A DNA stretch of 63,948 nucleotides, the filler included, from Lenisia limosa (lineage: Eukaryota; Protista; Breviatea), in the NCBI GenBank assembly GCA_001655205.1. It is 12 parts of 12 records of this genome, joined end to end, with 100 filler letters (N's around TTAATTAATTAA, not from the genome) between each part and the next. Parts side by side here need not be neighbours in the genome. Positions count along the whole stretch, not along the records: positions 45,697 to 62,014 come from LPNZ01010092.1; 11 more parts are not named here. One strand, given 5' to 3'. Below the pieces are notes generated by a model. The model saw only the letters and a list, made by a program, of their open reading frames with translations, was not told the origin of the DNA and did no database searches. This document shows positions 46,609 through 59,964 of the stretch, piece after piece. Both the position numbers and the translations under genes were made by a program. Numbering within the stretch: the first letter of the stretch is position 1; each line of letters opens with the position of its first letter.

Positions 46609-49600
46609 TTAGCAGCAGCAGCCACCCTTGCTATCCTAAAGCAGTTAATTCAACACACAGGCCGCTTTGTTCTGTTACTTGATGTAATGCAATGTGATTC
46701 AATTAATATTGCCAACCCACTTTCTCAAAATCATCTGGGTCAACACCATCGAGGTTGGGTGCTTCACAGAAGTTCTCAAGATCATCACTAAAATGTCAGT
46801 GCCGTGGAACTTTGAAATAGAAAAAGAAAAAGGGAAACAATTCGTGAGAATTGCATTACATTCTAATGAAGACAGGATCAATGTGGAAAATAAAATATAT
46901 TCAGAGTGGTTTTTCATAACACGTGACCCCCACCCCCCACGTCCACTCGAAGAAGTCGTTGCGGTTCATGCACTCGATCTCCCAAACTTTGCCGTCCAAA
47001 TCCTCGATCTCGAAGGTGTTTTCGTCCTGGGGGGGGGGGGGGGNNNNNNNNNNNNNNNNNNNNNAGCCCAGAATAATGTGTTTTTGCAAACTGAATATCT
47101 GAAACTCCAAACAAACAAAAAAACAAGCAATAATGAGCAACCAACGCTAAAACTAGGGGGGGGGGTGATCAATCAAAAACTTATGTGTACAAAGGAGCAA
47201 ACCGATTCGTCAGNNNNNNNNNNNNNNNNNNNNNNNNNNNNNNNNNNNNNNNNNNNNNNNNNNNNNNNNGATGAGCTTGCATGGTTCGAAGAGGGAAATC
47301 TCCTTATCACAGTCCAAGCCAGCAAACTTGTCCTGGAAGATCATACTCGAAATATTGCAATGAACAAAATGTGTGGAATATGGTGCGTTAAAAGTTAGTA
47401 TGATATTCAAGAATTCAAGTGAGTAACCACGCACCTCCTTGTTCTTCCACAGGTTGATGTGTTCGCGTTCTCCGTCAACATCCAAGAACGCCCAGTAAGT
47501 CTTCCCATTCACAATCAATTCAGACTCCTGGAGGGGACTAAATACACGCAGGAAATATTAAAGAGTTTCTTTACTAACTTGTGTCAATCTGTCGGGGAAA
47601 AGAACTTACTCACTCTGTTAAATAGGAAGCCCCCAAAATGAACCCAAAGCGAAACCAATACGCCGTAAACATAGGGTGCAAACCTGGTCGCCTGAGCGTT
47701 CCCCTCTGATCATCTTGCCTTTTCTGTCAAACCATGCCACGAACTAGAGCAGATTAATGGTGTAAATAGAAAACAACCAACACAGATAAGCCAAAACAGT
47801 TCCAACAAAATCAAAGGACCACCCCGACCTTTCTGAACATCGATGATCTCGACATTGCGTGCTTTTTGAACTCTTTCCATGAAACACTTCCATCGCCGTC
47901 CTGTGGTGATAAAAATTATTAGAAAGAGAAAAAAAAAAAAAACATGGCTTGATGAAAAGACGTCCTCAGCACGATATATATAGCAATGAGAAATAAAAAA
48001 ATAAGGTCAGCATGATGTAAACACTTACTGGGACATATCATATAGCAGCGCACATTCTATCAGATATTCCCCTCCATTCAAAAAAAAAATGATAAGTTGG
48101 ATGGGTGAGTCAAACCAAAAACTTACAAGAACCCCTCAAACCACGTCCATTTTAGCAATCATTTTCCTAAAAGAGTCAACGATTGAACACTATAGGTGTG
48201 TGTTAATATGCAAACAAAGAGATGCTCAAAATTATAATGTAATTGAAAAATAATAACACCCCCAACTTGACAGCATGAGTGATCAGTTTAGCACCAATAA
48301 TTGTGTTAATTGAGGCGAAAGCGACCTTGACAAGCTGAAGGGTGAGATCCACTTATCACCCCATTTTACATAAAACACTTGTCTGACCATATATCGTTAT
48401 CACATAAAGTGCTATTTAAAGAACTTCACTTCTGTCCGAAAAAAAGACTGAATTTCTCGAAACTTCCAAAACTATCGAGATGGTATTGTTGACGGAACCC
48501 ATCCCTTTATAGAAATGGAGCTATTCGAAACTGTCTGTAAACACTAATTGGTTCCCAACATCCCTCCTTGAAACCAACCTTTCCACCAGGCACAAGTCCG
48601 CCCGAGAAAATGGCAGTCACGCTAGAATGTTATTGTCTATACTTGATTGGCTTTAATGTTCTCTATTTTAAACAAAAAGTATGAAAACTAGAAACAGATA
48701 AATGCACACTGAAAAAGATAGACGGATTGGTTAACTTCTGTATCTGGCAGAAGGGATCGCTATCTATTGCAGATTCCAATAATTATTCTTGCTTTTTTTT
48801 TTTCACCACCCCTCGTACTAGTTGGCAATCTTCTCAGCAAGATTGACACCAGCATCAATGATACTCTTCATCATTCTTTTGAGGACATCAAGTGTCAGAT
48901 CCAAGCTTCCACAGAAGGCCTGGAAGAGCGCTGTGATGTGAGATCCAATAATGGAAATTCAGTTCAGCTAACATCATTGTATGGATATTAGGTTAATCGC
49001 AGTTCTCCCACCTTTGAGTTTGTCCACAATGTTGCCAACGGAAAGAAGAGTCAGAGCAGTGCCAAAGTATTCGAGTTTGATTGGGGCCTTGCTTCCGTCT
49101 CCTCCCACACGGAACATTTTTGAGAGAGCCTGGGGGGGGGGGGGNNNNNNNNNNNNNNNNNNNNNNNNNNNNNNNNNNNNNNNNNNNNNNNNNNNNNNNN
49201 NNNNNNGCACCTTGCGAACTTCTAAGATGAAAGCAATGTTCAAATAGAATGGAATGAAGAGACGGAGTTACAATATGTAAGTTTCAAGCCCATGCCCCCT
49301 CCCCCCCATACCTTGACCGTGGCAGGGTGGGCCAGGAAGGAGTCGCCGCCACCGAAGCTTTCTTTTGAAGCCTTGACAAGCTCGTTCTTCTTCACAGTCG
49401 TGGCCTGGTGGGGAGTGACAAGGAATTTCGATGAAGAATATTGTTGTAAAGGTGATGTGGCCTGGTGCGGGTAACTTCAAATGGCAAAGTCCACGATGTC
49501 ATTTTTGAAACAGGGGAAACTCACATTATAATAGAAGACTGCGTCAAAAGATGAAAAGATCCGAGGCAATAAGAAAGCACGGTTTATCGTCAGCAATGTG

Positions 49601-49936
49601 CGCGTCAATATTATCTACCAGTTTATCCCACATACATTGACACCACCGCCACAGCAGCAGCAACAGCACAGCGCCTTCGGGAAACAGAAGCAGCACATCA
49701 TGCTAGATTTGCCAGGGGGAGTAGATTTGTCTTGAAGTGTGGTCATCAGTGCACTGACTTCTTCAACCTTGGCTATAGGGAGTTAGAAGAGAGAGAGATC
49801 GGTCAAATTCCTTACGTGGTTTGTTCATCATCTCAGTAAAGGACGCACCATCATCTCCACCGCAACCTATATAATGTAAACGTGCTTAAACACCGCAAAA
49901 ATTACAAACAGCCCCCTTACAACAACAGCAACCCAT
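46609..49936 (-). CDS. Complete gene: N-myristoyl/poly-Cys terminus, internal Cys string, NCS/calcineurin-B-like EF-hands, PH domain, C-terminal CCC motif
   Basis: About 15 exons (one junction inside an N gap): MGCCCCCGGDD..MMCCFCFPKALCCCCCCGGGVN..LEYFGTALTLLSVGNIVDKLKALFQAF..KKMIAKMDVDGDGSVSWKEF..ESELIVNGKTYWAFLD..INLWKNKEDK..EISLFEPCKLI..ENTFEIEDLDGKVWEIECMNRNDFFEWTDDLENFC..DFEKDSKGGCCC*. ATG at 49936, stop ends at 46609. Confidence 0.8.
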
Positions 49937-50224
49937 TGTTTTGAAATTTGTTGAGAAGACTGTTCTACTTTATTGTTGGAATTGAATTGTTCTATATAGC
50001 ACAAGTACTTCAATAGAAGAAAGAGAGAGTGAAACCTGAGTGAAACAGACCCAAATTTTCCATTAAAATGTGGGGGTTGAACAATACCGATACACCTTTT
50101 AATACATCCAGGCTACTTTGAAGCCCCTTTCTGAAAGTAATAGAGTGCTGCTAAATTGTTGTAGCTAACAGTAGTTTGAGAAAAGTATAAGGGAAGCTGG
50201 ACACATTTTCCTTCACTTGTTACC

Positions 50225-52406
50225 ATGCTTAGAGCAGCCTTCTCAAGGAGCAGTGTCTTTAAAGGTATAGGGTTTATTATAGTAATATGTTTAAGAGAGG
50301 GTCTTCTTGAGTACGTCTCTTCCATACCTCCCAAATGAGCGTTTTTTGAGCCGTCCGTCTGCATAATCATCATAGTTACATTCACAGGCCTTCTGCCCTC
50401 TGTTAGGCGCTTTGCCAGTAGTTCGGCAAAGGTCAACCTCGGAGGCTTCGTCAACAATGCCGCACCTAAACCATCAACGGTGGGTTAGTTTCCGTAAAAA
50501 CTGCTGCCAGATGTGCTGATTACGTTTTTGCTCTCTTTATATTTCAGTTAATATTTGACTCTGGCTTTTTAAAATTATTTTGGAAGTAACAAAAGGGCAA
50601 AAGAGTGGAATGAATAGGCTCGAAACCCTTGATGCACCATCAATCTGTGCTACTTAGTCTTTTTGTTCACCAAGGAACACACAAAGCTGACTTCTCAGGT
50701 CAGTGCTGAGGAGCTGGCAGCGGCCAAGAAGTTTGGTTGGATCACTTTCGGCCTCATATCGGCCGCGGCGTTTGCTGGTGTCACATGTGGGCATGGAGGT
50801 GTTCAATTTTTTTAGTTTTACAACATTATCTTGAATGTTTGATGTTTTGTGAGTATCCAAATCCCACATCCAGGTTTTTGTTTCTTTTTTTCATTTTTTT
50901 TCATATCTAACACCTTTAGACCAATGCAAAGGAGACTACAAAGGATGTGAGTCATCATATTATCACTGCCTGTAAATTTACTGTATCAATATTGAAGTTG
51001 ACTTTATGACTCCTTAGTTTACAAGAGCCTTCAGGATCAATACCATTCAACTATTAGAGTAGGTGGCACTTATATATAGTGTACACAACAGCACGGAATA
51101 ATGATTTGCCTGTTTTCATTTTCATTTTTTTTTTTTTTTTTTCAGCCAACATTTTGAGTATTGAGGTCTCAGTTTTGCACATTTTCCTGACCAAATAGCA
51201 ATACAGCGAGCCCAGTCGTCCCTATGCCCTCCTCCCTTCTATGCAGGTTTGTTTGGAACAAATGGGTGGTTTGGTCGAAGTCGTTACTATAGTAATAATG
51301 GTCAGGTATGTGTGTGTTTGTATGTGTGTCGGTAATCTCCCATTTCCATAGCCATTTACCTCTAAACCCCTCAATGCGATAAAAAAAAACTATTTGAGGA
51401 GCCTTACTCTCAAGATCCCCCCTGGCCAGAAGATGCCTTTGACTCTTGTTCTTGACCTCAATGAAACTCTTGTCCACACCACATGGAGCGTAGGATGGAA
51501 TCCGCCATTCTGTGGTCATTTCTTAATAGGGAATGTGGTACCACTACAGTTTATTTCATGAAATGTTGTGTACTTGCAGCGGTTTCGTGTAGTATATCAT
51601 ATGAGAGTAGTCGACTTTGAAACATCCACCTTATGCTGTCAAAGTATCATATTTTAGCGTGAACGTGGATACCAGACAAAGAAAAGACCTGGTGTTGACT
51701 ACTTCCTGGCCTATCTCTCACAGTTTTACGAGCTGGTCATTTTCACGTCCAACCAAGCCGCGGTACGAGTTCTTTTGCAGCATATTCTTTTTTACATACC
51801 GTTTATCCTTGTTTTTGTTTTTTAATGTAGAGTTTCATTCATGGTGATTTTAAGCTGACAACTGTAGCAAGCACAAAAGATTATTGAGACTCTTGACCCC
51901 AATCGCTACGTTCACTACCATCTGTTCAGAGATTCAACATGCTACGTCAAAAGCAAACATGTCAAGGTGGGTTTCTTTGTTTTCTTCTCTCACCATTATT
52001 GCAATGTGCCTCTGACCATTTAGGACCTCAACCATCTCAACAGAGACTTGAGGAAGGTGATGATTGTCCATAACGACAAGAACTCTCTTGTTTCCCCCAA
52101 AGAAAACATCCTTCCGATTCCAAGGTGAGTAGTGACATCCATGTAGCCCTATCTCTCAATTTAGCATTCATACATACAGAGTATATTTATACACTCAGCA
52201 GAATCATATCCAACAATGCAAACGTCTTTCTATTTTGGGTGAGTATATTATCGTGATGAGACATTGTCAAAAAGTAATACAACTTATATAATGAAGGGGG
52301 AAAGGCGGCCACATCGATTAGTACTTAATCATGGACCTTTAACCCTGTAGATGGACTGGTCAGCCTGGCGATAATGAACTTGTTAACCATATGCCTTTCC
52401 TTGAAA
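50225..52406 (+). CDS. TIM50: Mitochondrial import inner membrane translocase subunit TIM50; last exon(s) not found
   Basis: Presequence [26 protein letters not shown]; TM segment [16 protein letters not shown]; QYSEP..LLP; FCP1-like domain [82 protein letters not shown]. Confidence 0.85.
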
Positions 52407-53201
52407 GTAAGCTGGTACTATTTCGTTATTCAGATATTGTATGTATTATTCTAGGAGGTGTAGCTAGTTTTTGTTCGATTTCAATGTTTGCTGTATCTGT
52501 GTTTGTTTTGTTTTGTTTTGTTTTGTTTTGTGCTTTGTGTTTGCCCAACCAACCCTTTTTTTTGTACCATTACTACTTTTGCTCAGCATCAGTATGAGTA
52601 TGGTTTAGAATAGTTTGCTTGATACCATATTGCTCGTACCTGAAGAGATTCTTTTCTGCCTGGTCTGGTCCGCGCTCTGTCCATCCAGCTTTGATCCCCT
52701 CGGGGGTCGTATGCTTGGGGGGACGGCTCTAAGCGTTATGATTGGGTTGTGACCGTTAATAAGTCGGATTTTTTAAAAACATTTCCATTGAAGCCCGGCG
52801 TTTGGAGGGCTGGGGGGTGAAATAAAAAAGTAAATGTTAAAAAGNNNNNNNNNNTGTGGATGGAGGCAGAATCGCCGATATTAACGAGAGGTTGGTTACA
52901 CTTGGGGCTCCATGCAATTAATTGCCAAAATTGAAGTAAGACTCATTGTCATGGGAACTCCATTTTAGACACGTTAATAACAAAATTTTGTTAATTGATT
53001 TCTCCAAAAAATTTAATGCACGGAGTTGTAGATATTAATGAGGGTGGAAGGGCATTTCACGCCATAAACTCAGCATTTTCCTAACCCCCCCCCCCCCNNN
53101 NNNNNNNNNNNNNNNNNNNNNNNNNNNNNNNNNNNNNNNNNNNNNNNNNNNNNNNNNNNNNNNNNNNNNNNNNNNNNNNNNNNNNNNNNNNNNNNNNNNN
53201 N

Positions 53202-54675
53202 CTGCCAAGATCGAGGCTCTTGAAACGGCCTTGTCTATCGCGGCCGAGTCCAAAAGTCGGCAGTTCAGTTCCGTTCAGTTCATTTCTTTATTCCATCTGA
53301 AAATTACCTTCATTTATTTCGTATATTTATTTCGCATATCCGTAAATCATAATGATCCTTGAAAAGGGTATGAAACAACCTTAAACCACCTTTGTATTTG
53401 CAATTAACCCTGACAGTCAATGCGGAGGCGGAGAAGGAGAAGGCTGAGAACTCACATGAACTCACGAAACTGAAGCTGAAGGAAGCCGATCGTCAGATCC
53501 TCGAGGTAGGCTTCTTTTGAATCGTGTCCATGCTTCATGGGTCTCGAAAAGGACTGGGAAAATATCCAAGGATTTCGAAGATTTATCTACTGGCGTTGTT
53601 TCAAAACTTCCTTCACTTAGTACTTTTACGCCAAAATTCGTCATCGAAATTTCCTTAGTTTTACTCCCCCTAGCTTCTTGGCGGACAGGCCCCTGCAGAG
53701 ACCCCCCCTCAATTCGCTCCGGAACCAGTGGGGGGTGTCCAATTGAGCCGTTTCTGTCACTTGATAGTTCAATGCTGTTCTTTCAAGCTCCTTTCTCTTC
53801 CCATGTCAATGGAAAGGCTGTACGGGAGGGGATTTTCGGCTTAGGAGCAATATATGAGCTAAATCAAAATCCTGACATTTCACCCCGAAAGCTAATTTGC
53901 ACACCATTTTCAGTTATATGAAATGGGGGAGGGGGTGACGACGTGGCTTTATCGCATGATGATATGAGATTATCTGACATCGAAGACGGTTGAAGAGGAG
54001 GAAGCTCCAAGCACTCCTGTCACCCCTACCCCTGCTTCCGCGAGCCCCATCACGCCAAATCGCTCTTCTCAGGACATACAACGACGCGACTCTGTGTCAT
54101 CCTGTGGGGGGATTTCTCATCTTTATGTTGTCTTCTTTCCGCTTACCACGATCTTTCTTTATTTTATTGATATCTCTGCACCACTATCCAAATCTCATCA
54201 CCCATCCAGAGCACACAAACATACCATATTCCTGACCCCCCCAGTGCAAAGCAGCACCGACGACCTGAAGCACGACGTCATCGAGGCCAAAGAGAGGGAA
54301 AAGAGGCTCAAGGAGGAGCTCAAGCGCGCTCAGAAGGAGACCAAGGTGGGGAAGGAGACCAAGGTGGGAGTGGAGACCAAGGTGGGAGTGGAGACCAAGG
54401 TGGAGAAGGAGACCAAGGTGGAGAAGGAGACCAAGGTGGTGGGGAATAGCCTGGGCTGTTATTCAAATGATGGGTGGTTTTATTGAACAACTTGCTAAGA
54501 TTTGGATGTCAGGAAATGTGATGCCAGTGCAGTCCTGCTTTGAGTGTCTGAGTCCAAAATCGTTGTCCCAAGCTTATAACTCACCATACAGGAGGTTGAA
54601 ACGCTTGCCAAAAAGGCCCAAAAAGACGACAAGAAGCGTCTGAAAGAGAGGAGACGAAATAGTGTGGCGTATTAG
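53202..54675 (+). CDS. 3' exons of a coiled-coil protein
   Basis: AKIEALETALSIAAESK..|VNAEAEKEKAENSHELTKLKLKEADRQILE|LLGGQAPAETPPQ..|..VQSSTDDLKHDVIEAKEREKRLKEELKRAQKETK|EVETLAKKAQKDDKKRLKERRRNSVAY*. Confidence 0.6.
54334..54439 (+). repeat. 18-bp tandem array (6 units) spanning a splice donor
   Basis: Core GAGACCAAG|GTGG repeated six times in frame (ETKV units). Confidence 0.9.
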
Positions 54676-55019
54676 GTGCTCGGCGGTTTTTCTTGGTTAT
54701 TGGTGTATATTATCTTTGTAATTTATCAGCTATTTACCCTCTTACCAAGGCAAGAGGGCTTAATGACACTCGTTTCGAGTAATTACTGGTTGTTAGCAAC
54801 ACAAATGTACTTACAATAAAAACTTGGGGTTAAACAATCAACAACATTACAGAATAAATACCTCAAAAACCAATTCAGAGTCCAAAATCATAATGGTACA
54901 AGTTTACATTTCACCTTACAACACTAATATACACATGCTTTCTGGGGCGTGGGAGCCTGAAAGATGAGTTTAGAAAAGCTGAACTCAATGATGAGCTAAC
55001 AAAGCCCCCTCCGCCAACC

Positions 55020-58000
55020 TAAATTACTTCACCAAACTGCCCTTTTTGCCGAACCCAGCAGGCCGCGAAAACCCCGAGTTTGCCCTCGATGCACTCGAAC
55101 TGGAGGTCATATTGTGTAGTGAAAGATGAAACATTAACAAATCTCGGGAACAAAAGAATAATGTTGAAGGGTAATTGGCATTTTATTGTATTAAAGCAGG
55201 TTTTTTGTGCGCCTTTTTTTTTAAATAGTTTAAACCAAATTGAATGCATAATCCTGCCCTCAATGCCTACCGAATGCTCGTTCTGCCGCTTACGGGCTTG
55301 GGACTCAGCGGCGGCGGCTGAAGCTGCGGGGGTGAATGAAGTAGACACGGTACAACTAGGGCTTCACTTTGGTTCGAAAAAGATCGGTAAAATATCGATA
55401 GTTTTCGAGGATTTATCGAAAAATTCAGTCTTGTTTCGAACCGAAGTGAAACCTCAAGGTACAACTCACACCAATATGTCCATTTCACTCGCTCCACCAC
55501 GAGACTTACTCCCTCCCACTTTGGCTAGAAGCACTGAGGGGTCTGGGACATTGCCAAAGGACGTGTTTGAAGCAGTACGTCTCCGTCTAACGGGATCAAA
55601 AGGGGTGATTTAATATAGCACACACAAAAAATAAATATACTATATCATATATCATATATATACGATATGCATATTTTTGAATAATAAGGCAAAAACTATA
55701 AAAACGGCCCCTGGTACCCCTGGGAGCCCGGGGACGGCGGTCTGGAGTTTGTTCTTGACGGTGCGCGTGAACTTGCGCGGGAGGCGCTTTTTCTACACAA
55801 TGCATTAAATGAACGTCGTGACAGAAATGATTTACCATACCCTTTTGGCCCAATTCATCCCAAAAGCCAATATTCATAAACTGGATATATCCCAAATAAA
55901 CTCTCAATATGTATAATCATATAGGGCTTCGGCCAGGTACTACCTTATTATTTATTCCTCATTGCAATCATTATATCATATAGTATATCATATATAATTA
56001 TATCCCAACGCCCACTTCTTGGCGTTGGCGGTAGCCAGAGCGGCTGCGGCCATATTGTCCATAGTCATCGCCATTGAAGCCCGGCGTTTGGAGGGCTGGG
56101 GGGTGAAATAAAAAAGTAAATGTTAAAAAGAATGGAGAGTAAGCAGTCCAAGGATGGGAGAGTAAGCAGTCAAGGATGGGTGTTAATACACACGTGAGGA
56201 ACAATCCAAATGTTAATAATTAAAAAGATGCTACCCCCCCCCCCACAATTGGGAGTCGCAATGAGTCGAACTGCGGACCGCCCAGGGTGTCCGAGTTTGC
56301 CCGGGTGCGCGATCGGAGGGGCGCACCCTGGGGTGTACCTGGCTCCACAACTGCATCATCAGGATAGTCAAAAGAGAAGCAGACATTTATGGAGCTGGGC
56401 TAACGCAAACAATACATATGAATTTGTACCCCTTCTCGGAAGCATGACAAACGTAGGGATCTTCAGCCTTAAGAAGAAATATGGCAATAAAATGGTAGCA
56501 ATTGGGGATATCATAAAAACCAGCGTATTGACCCTATCAAGCTGGTATCTGATCCTTTCCAAGTAGAAACTCCCAACCAACCAATTGCCCTGAGCGCTGG
56601 GGATTGNNNNNNNNNNNNNNNNNNNNNNNNNNNNNNNNNNNNNNNNNNNNNNNNNNNNNNNNNNNNNNNNNNNNNNNNNNNNNNNNNNNNNNNNNNNNNN
56701 NNNNTAGGAAATCAGAAGAATCAATACATCACCCCTAATAGTCTACATCACCCCACTTTTCACTTGGCTCTCTTCTTGAAGAGTGTGTCTAGACTAGTCA
56801 AACTTGGAAGATATTTACATTTTATTGCACAGTTTTCATTGTTCTATACTAACTGTTTTCACCTACAAAGAAGAGAGGATTGTGGTAGACGACGGTGATG
56901 ACATGAGTGGAGGGGACGAGGGGTAGACATTTGATAAGACTTGCGGCAATCTATGAGACAGGTCAGATAATATCGATATGGGTCAGACAGAATCAACATA
57001 TCATCAATATAAGGATCATTAAGGAGTTCATCTTTAATGGAACATAGTCCCGCATAAGACAACTCTCTTATCCTAAAATAGCGACAAACAGGAACCAAAC
57101 GTACTTCGCAATCAGCTGCTTTGCCTCAGCAAGTTGGCTCATTAATCTGGCCAATTCCGCCTAAATTGTGAGTCAGCATAAATGTCAAGATATTTCAAAC
57201 CCCATCCCATCGTATATTGCCATTTAAACCTCAATCATATTTGTTTGTTATAGACCCCCCCCCCCACGGGCCCCGGGTTCCTTCTGACGAGCACGGCGGC
57301 GCTGACAACACTCTCCATTTTGGTGGACAGGGGGTGGACCGATCGCGAGATCTGGTCTGTCCAATCCCTCTGGTTGACCCCTATGATGTAACTAATGCAA
57401 CGTGACAATTTGGGTTTCGTAATGAAGACTTGATACCCGTAATCCACTAACACACAATTTGACTATCTGTTTATGGATGTGCCTTGTTCAATTTCGGCCA
57501 TCCAAAAGATACATATATATCATATAATATATTTTTTCTCACCATCATATTCTCAATATCATGATCCTTGTCATCTTTCACTCAACTCACGTTCGGGTCC
57601 CGGGATTTCAGTGACAATCGGTTCAATTGGACTAGTGGCAGTTTTGGCTGCTTGCGGTAGTGGTGGGGATTTAATACAACTTGGAGGTGTCACAATGGAA
57701 AATTTTTGAAACAACAACCAAAATCAACTCTAATGCAGCTTGTGTGTGAGGAGCATATCGATATGAAATCGCGGAAAGGCATTAATGTGTATAATAAGTG
57801 TATGAAAATAACTCAAAAGAAATACCGCAATGCACTCCCCCCACGGTTTAGGCTCCAAGTCAGCCGCCGTAAGTTGACGGTCCGTACTGGGGGTGCTGGG
57901 GGCACTGGGTTGCGGCGATCTATGATCTACGGGTTCTTGCCATTGGGGGATGGGGACGTTGGGAGATTGGGGTTCTAGGGAGATTATTATAACACTTCTG

Positions 58001-58600
58001 CAATATCAAAGCGTCCTGCAAATCACCATAAACTCACCATCATCGTCCATAGTCGGTTCGAATATCAACGGTCCTCCTGATGCCTCCAGTATGGACGCTC
58101 GAAGATTCAGCTCCGTTGCATCCGCTTCGCCGAGGGGACGCGGATACTCTTCTTCCTGGGGTGGGGTGAAAGCGTTTATTGTGAAGATGGGCGATTCTTT
58201 TGGCTTGGCAAAAGCCTCATTTCAAAATAAATTGAGGGTAATATTCTCCCACATTATGAGTAGAAGACGATTTTGATGATATGACAGGTTAATTGAAAAA
58301 GAAATTACTCTCAAGCAACGATTATCCAAGCCGCATACATAGGGTCTCTTGGCCACCTCATCCCGAAAAGACTGCATGAGCTCTTTCTCATAGAATGGCA
58401 CTGAAGTGATAAGTACAATGTCTTCAGGAAAGAAGGGCTTATTGCATCCCGGGAACCAATGTTCAAAATACACCGCTCCATAATAATAACAGGAATAATA
58501 TTGGTATAATATTTATTGGGTCCCGATGTACCGGGAGGCACGGCGTCAAGGTCAATAGTGGCTTTTCTAGTTTTGGGGGTCTCTGTTGGGATGTTTTCTT
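55020..58600 (-). CDS. Long multi-exon gene (possibly two), mostly disordered, product unknown
   Basis: Exons include HWFPGCNKPFFPEDIVLITSVPFYEKELMQSFRDEVAKRPY, ..LNLRASILEASGGPLIFEPTMDDD, AELARLMSQLAEAKQLIA, PSKRRASMAMTMDNMAAAALAT and LQPPPLSPKPVSGRTSIR. Phases not fully resolved. Confidence 0.45.
55359..55453. mobile_element. MITE family B copy
   Basis: TA|GGGCTTCACTTTGGTTCGAAAA...TTTCGAACCGAAGTGAAACC. Confidence 0.8.
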
Positions 58601-59964
58601 CTTTTAGTGAATTGTAATGCAAGAAGTAGCAAAAAAGAAAAGTAATTGCATTCAATATTAAGTGTTGTTTTTTTGCATGTGAAGCTTAAAAAAAATATGA
58701 GCTTCACATGCAAAAAAACGATAAAAAATGATTTTCAAATCCAAAAAACGTTCTTTTGAAAAAACACATTTCCGCTAACCAGAGTAGCCGTGAGTCATGT
58801 TCATTCGTTTGGCCAGACGGAAGTAGTAATCTCTAAGCCTAGCGTTATCAGATCAATTCTTTTGGTTCTAAATAAATACAGGGCCATTTTCGCGTTTTGA
58901 TCATAATCCTAGCAATGACACAGTTCAAGAATGGCAACATTTGAGTTATTTCTCCGCAAACTCGGGTCTAAGCATTTGCCATTCGCTTGAAAGGCGCTCG
59001 AATGCACGGGCTCTTTCGTGGGCTAGGTGAATGGGCGGCAGCGGCACGTGGTGGGTGTGCTGGGGGGTTAGTATTGGATATGCGTTATTAATAGCTTTGT
59101 AGGATTATTCAGGGATTTGAAGGGACATAGCTGTATCGAAATGTGATACCGATACCCCCGAGATTAACCATCATATTATCTTCAGTTTCGACAAGAAGTC
59201 GTTCTCATAGAGCTAAATTGTTCAACATTCTGAAAAAGCTGATTCCTTATTCCTCTTGCTTTTTATTATCGAACATTATGATGATACAAATAAGTTGACT
59301 CTGTAATGCCAATAATTATAGTACTCGATCATATGTCCAGATTAAAACCTGATAAATATTTGCGATCCACACACCCACCCTTTCGCAGAACACCATAAAC
59401 GGTGAAATCACCATGTTCAGTCCTTGATGCTGTATTCTGTGTTGATAATCATTTATTAAAAAAAGAGTTTGCTCAATCCAATAAATTTAAAAACAACATA
59501 CATACCTTATTTTATTACCTCTCTAGTGAGACAGTTGAGTGAAAAGGGCTCATTGTACCCTGTAACTATGACTCTGTGAAGTGGTGGTCAGACAGTGAAG
59601 TACTTGTTTCCGATTCCAAAACTCTGATATTTTATATTGTTCTTTATGTCGTTTGAGGAAGTGAGGTGCGGAGAGAGTTAGTTGGTTTGCCAAAATGAAT
59701 ATACAGTCAAGGAACCAAGGACATCCATGTACCAAAAAAGTACCTTTTAAGCTGTTTTGATTTCCAGCGCTCGGAACGCGTCAATAATTATCTTATTATT
59801 GCAACACGTTAAAAATTGATAAATATAATCAGAGAATAGCAGCTGAGTTTGCCAACAGTTTCGAAATTTCCTCTTAGCGGCCCCTGTAACCAGCCCACTC
59901 CACCCTTTCAGTGCTGTTTCGATTGAATAGTTATCAACGGATGTTATCGTAGAGAAGAGCGAGA

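Noticed and set aside
51420-51470. DLNET instead of DxDxT in an FCP1-like phosphatase domain
   Set aside because: A degenerate catalytic motif is common in TIM50 orthologues; not novel.
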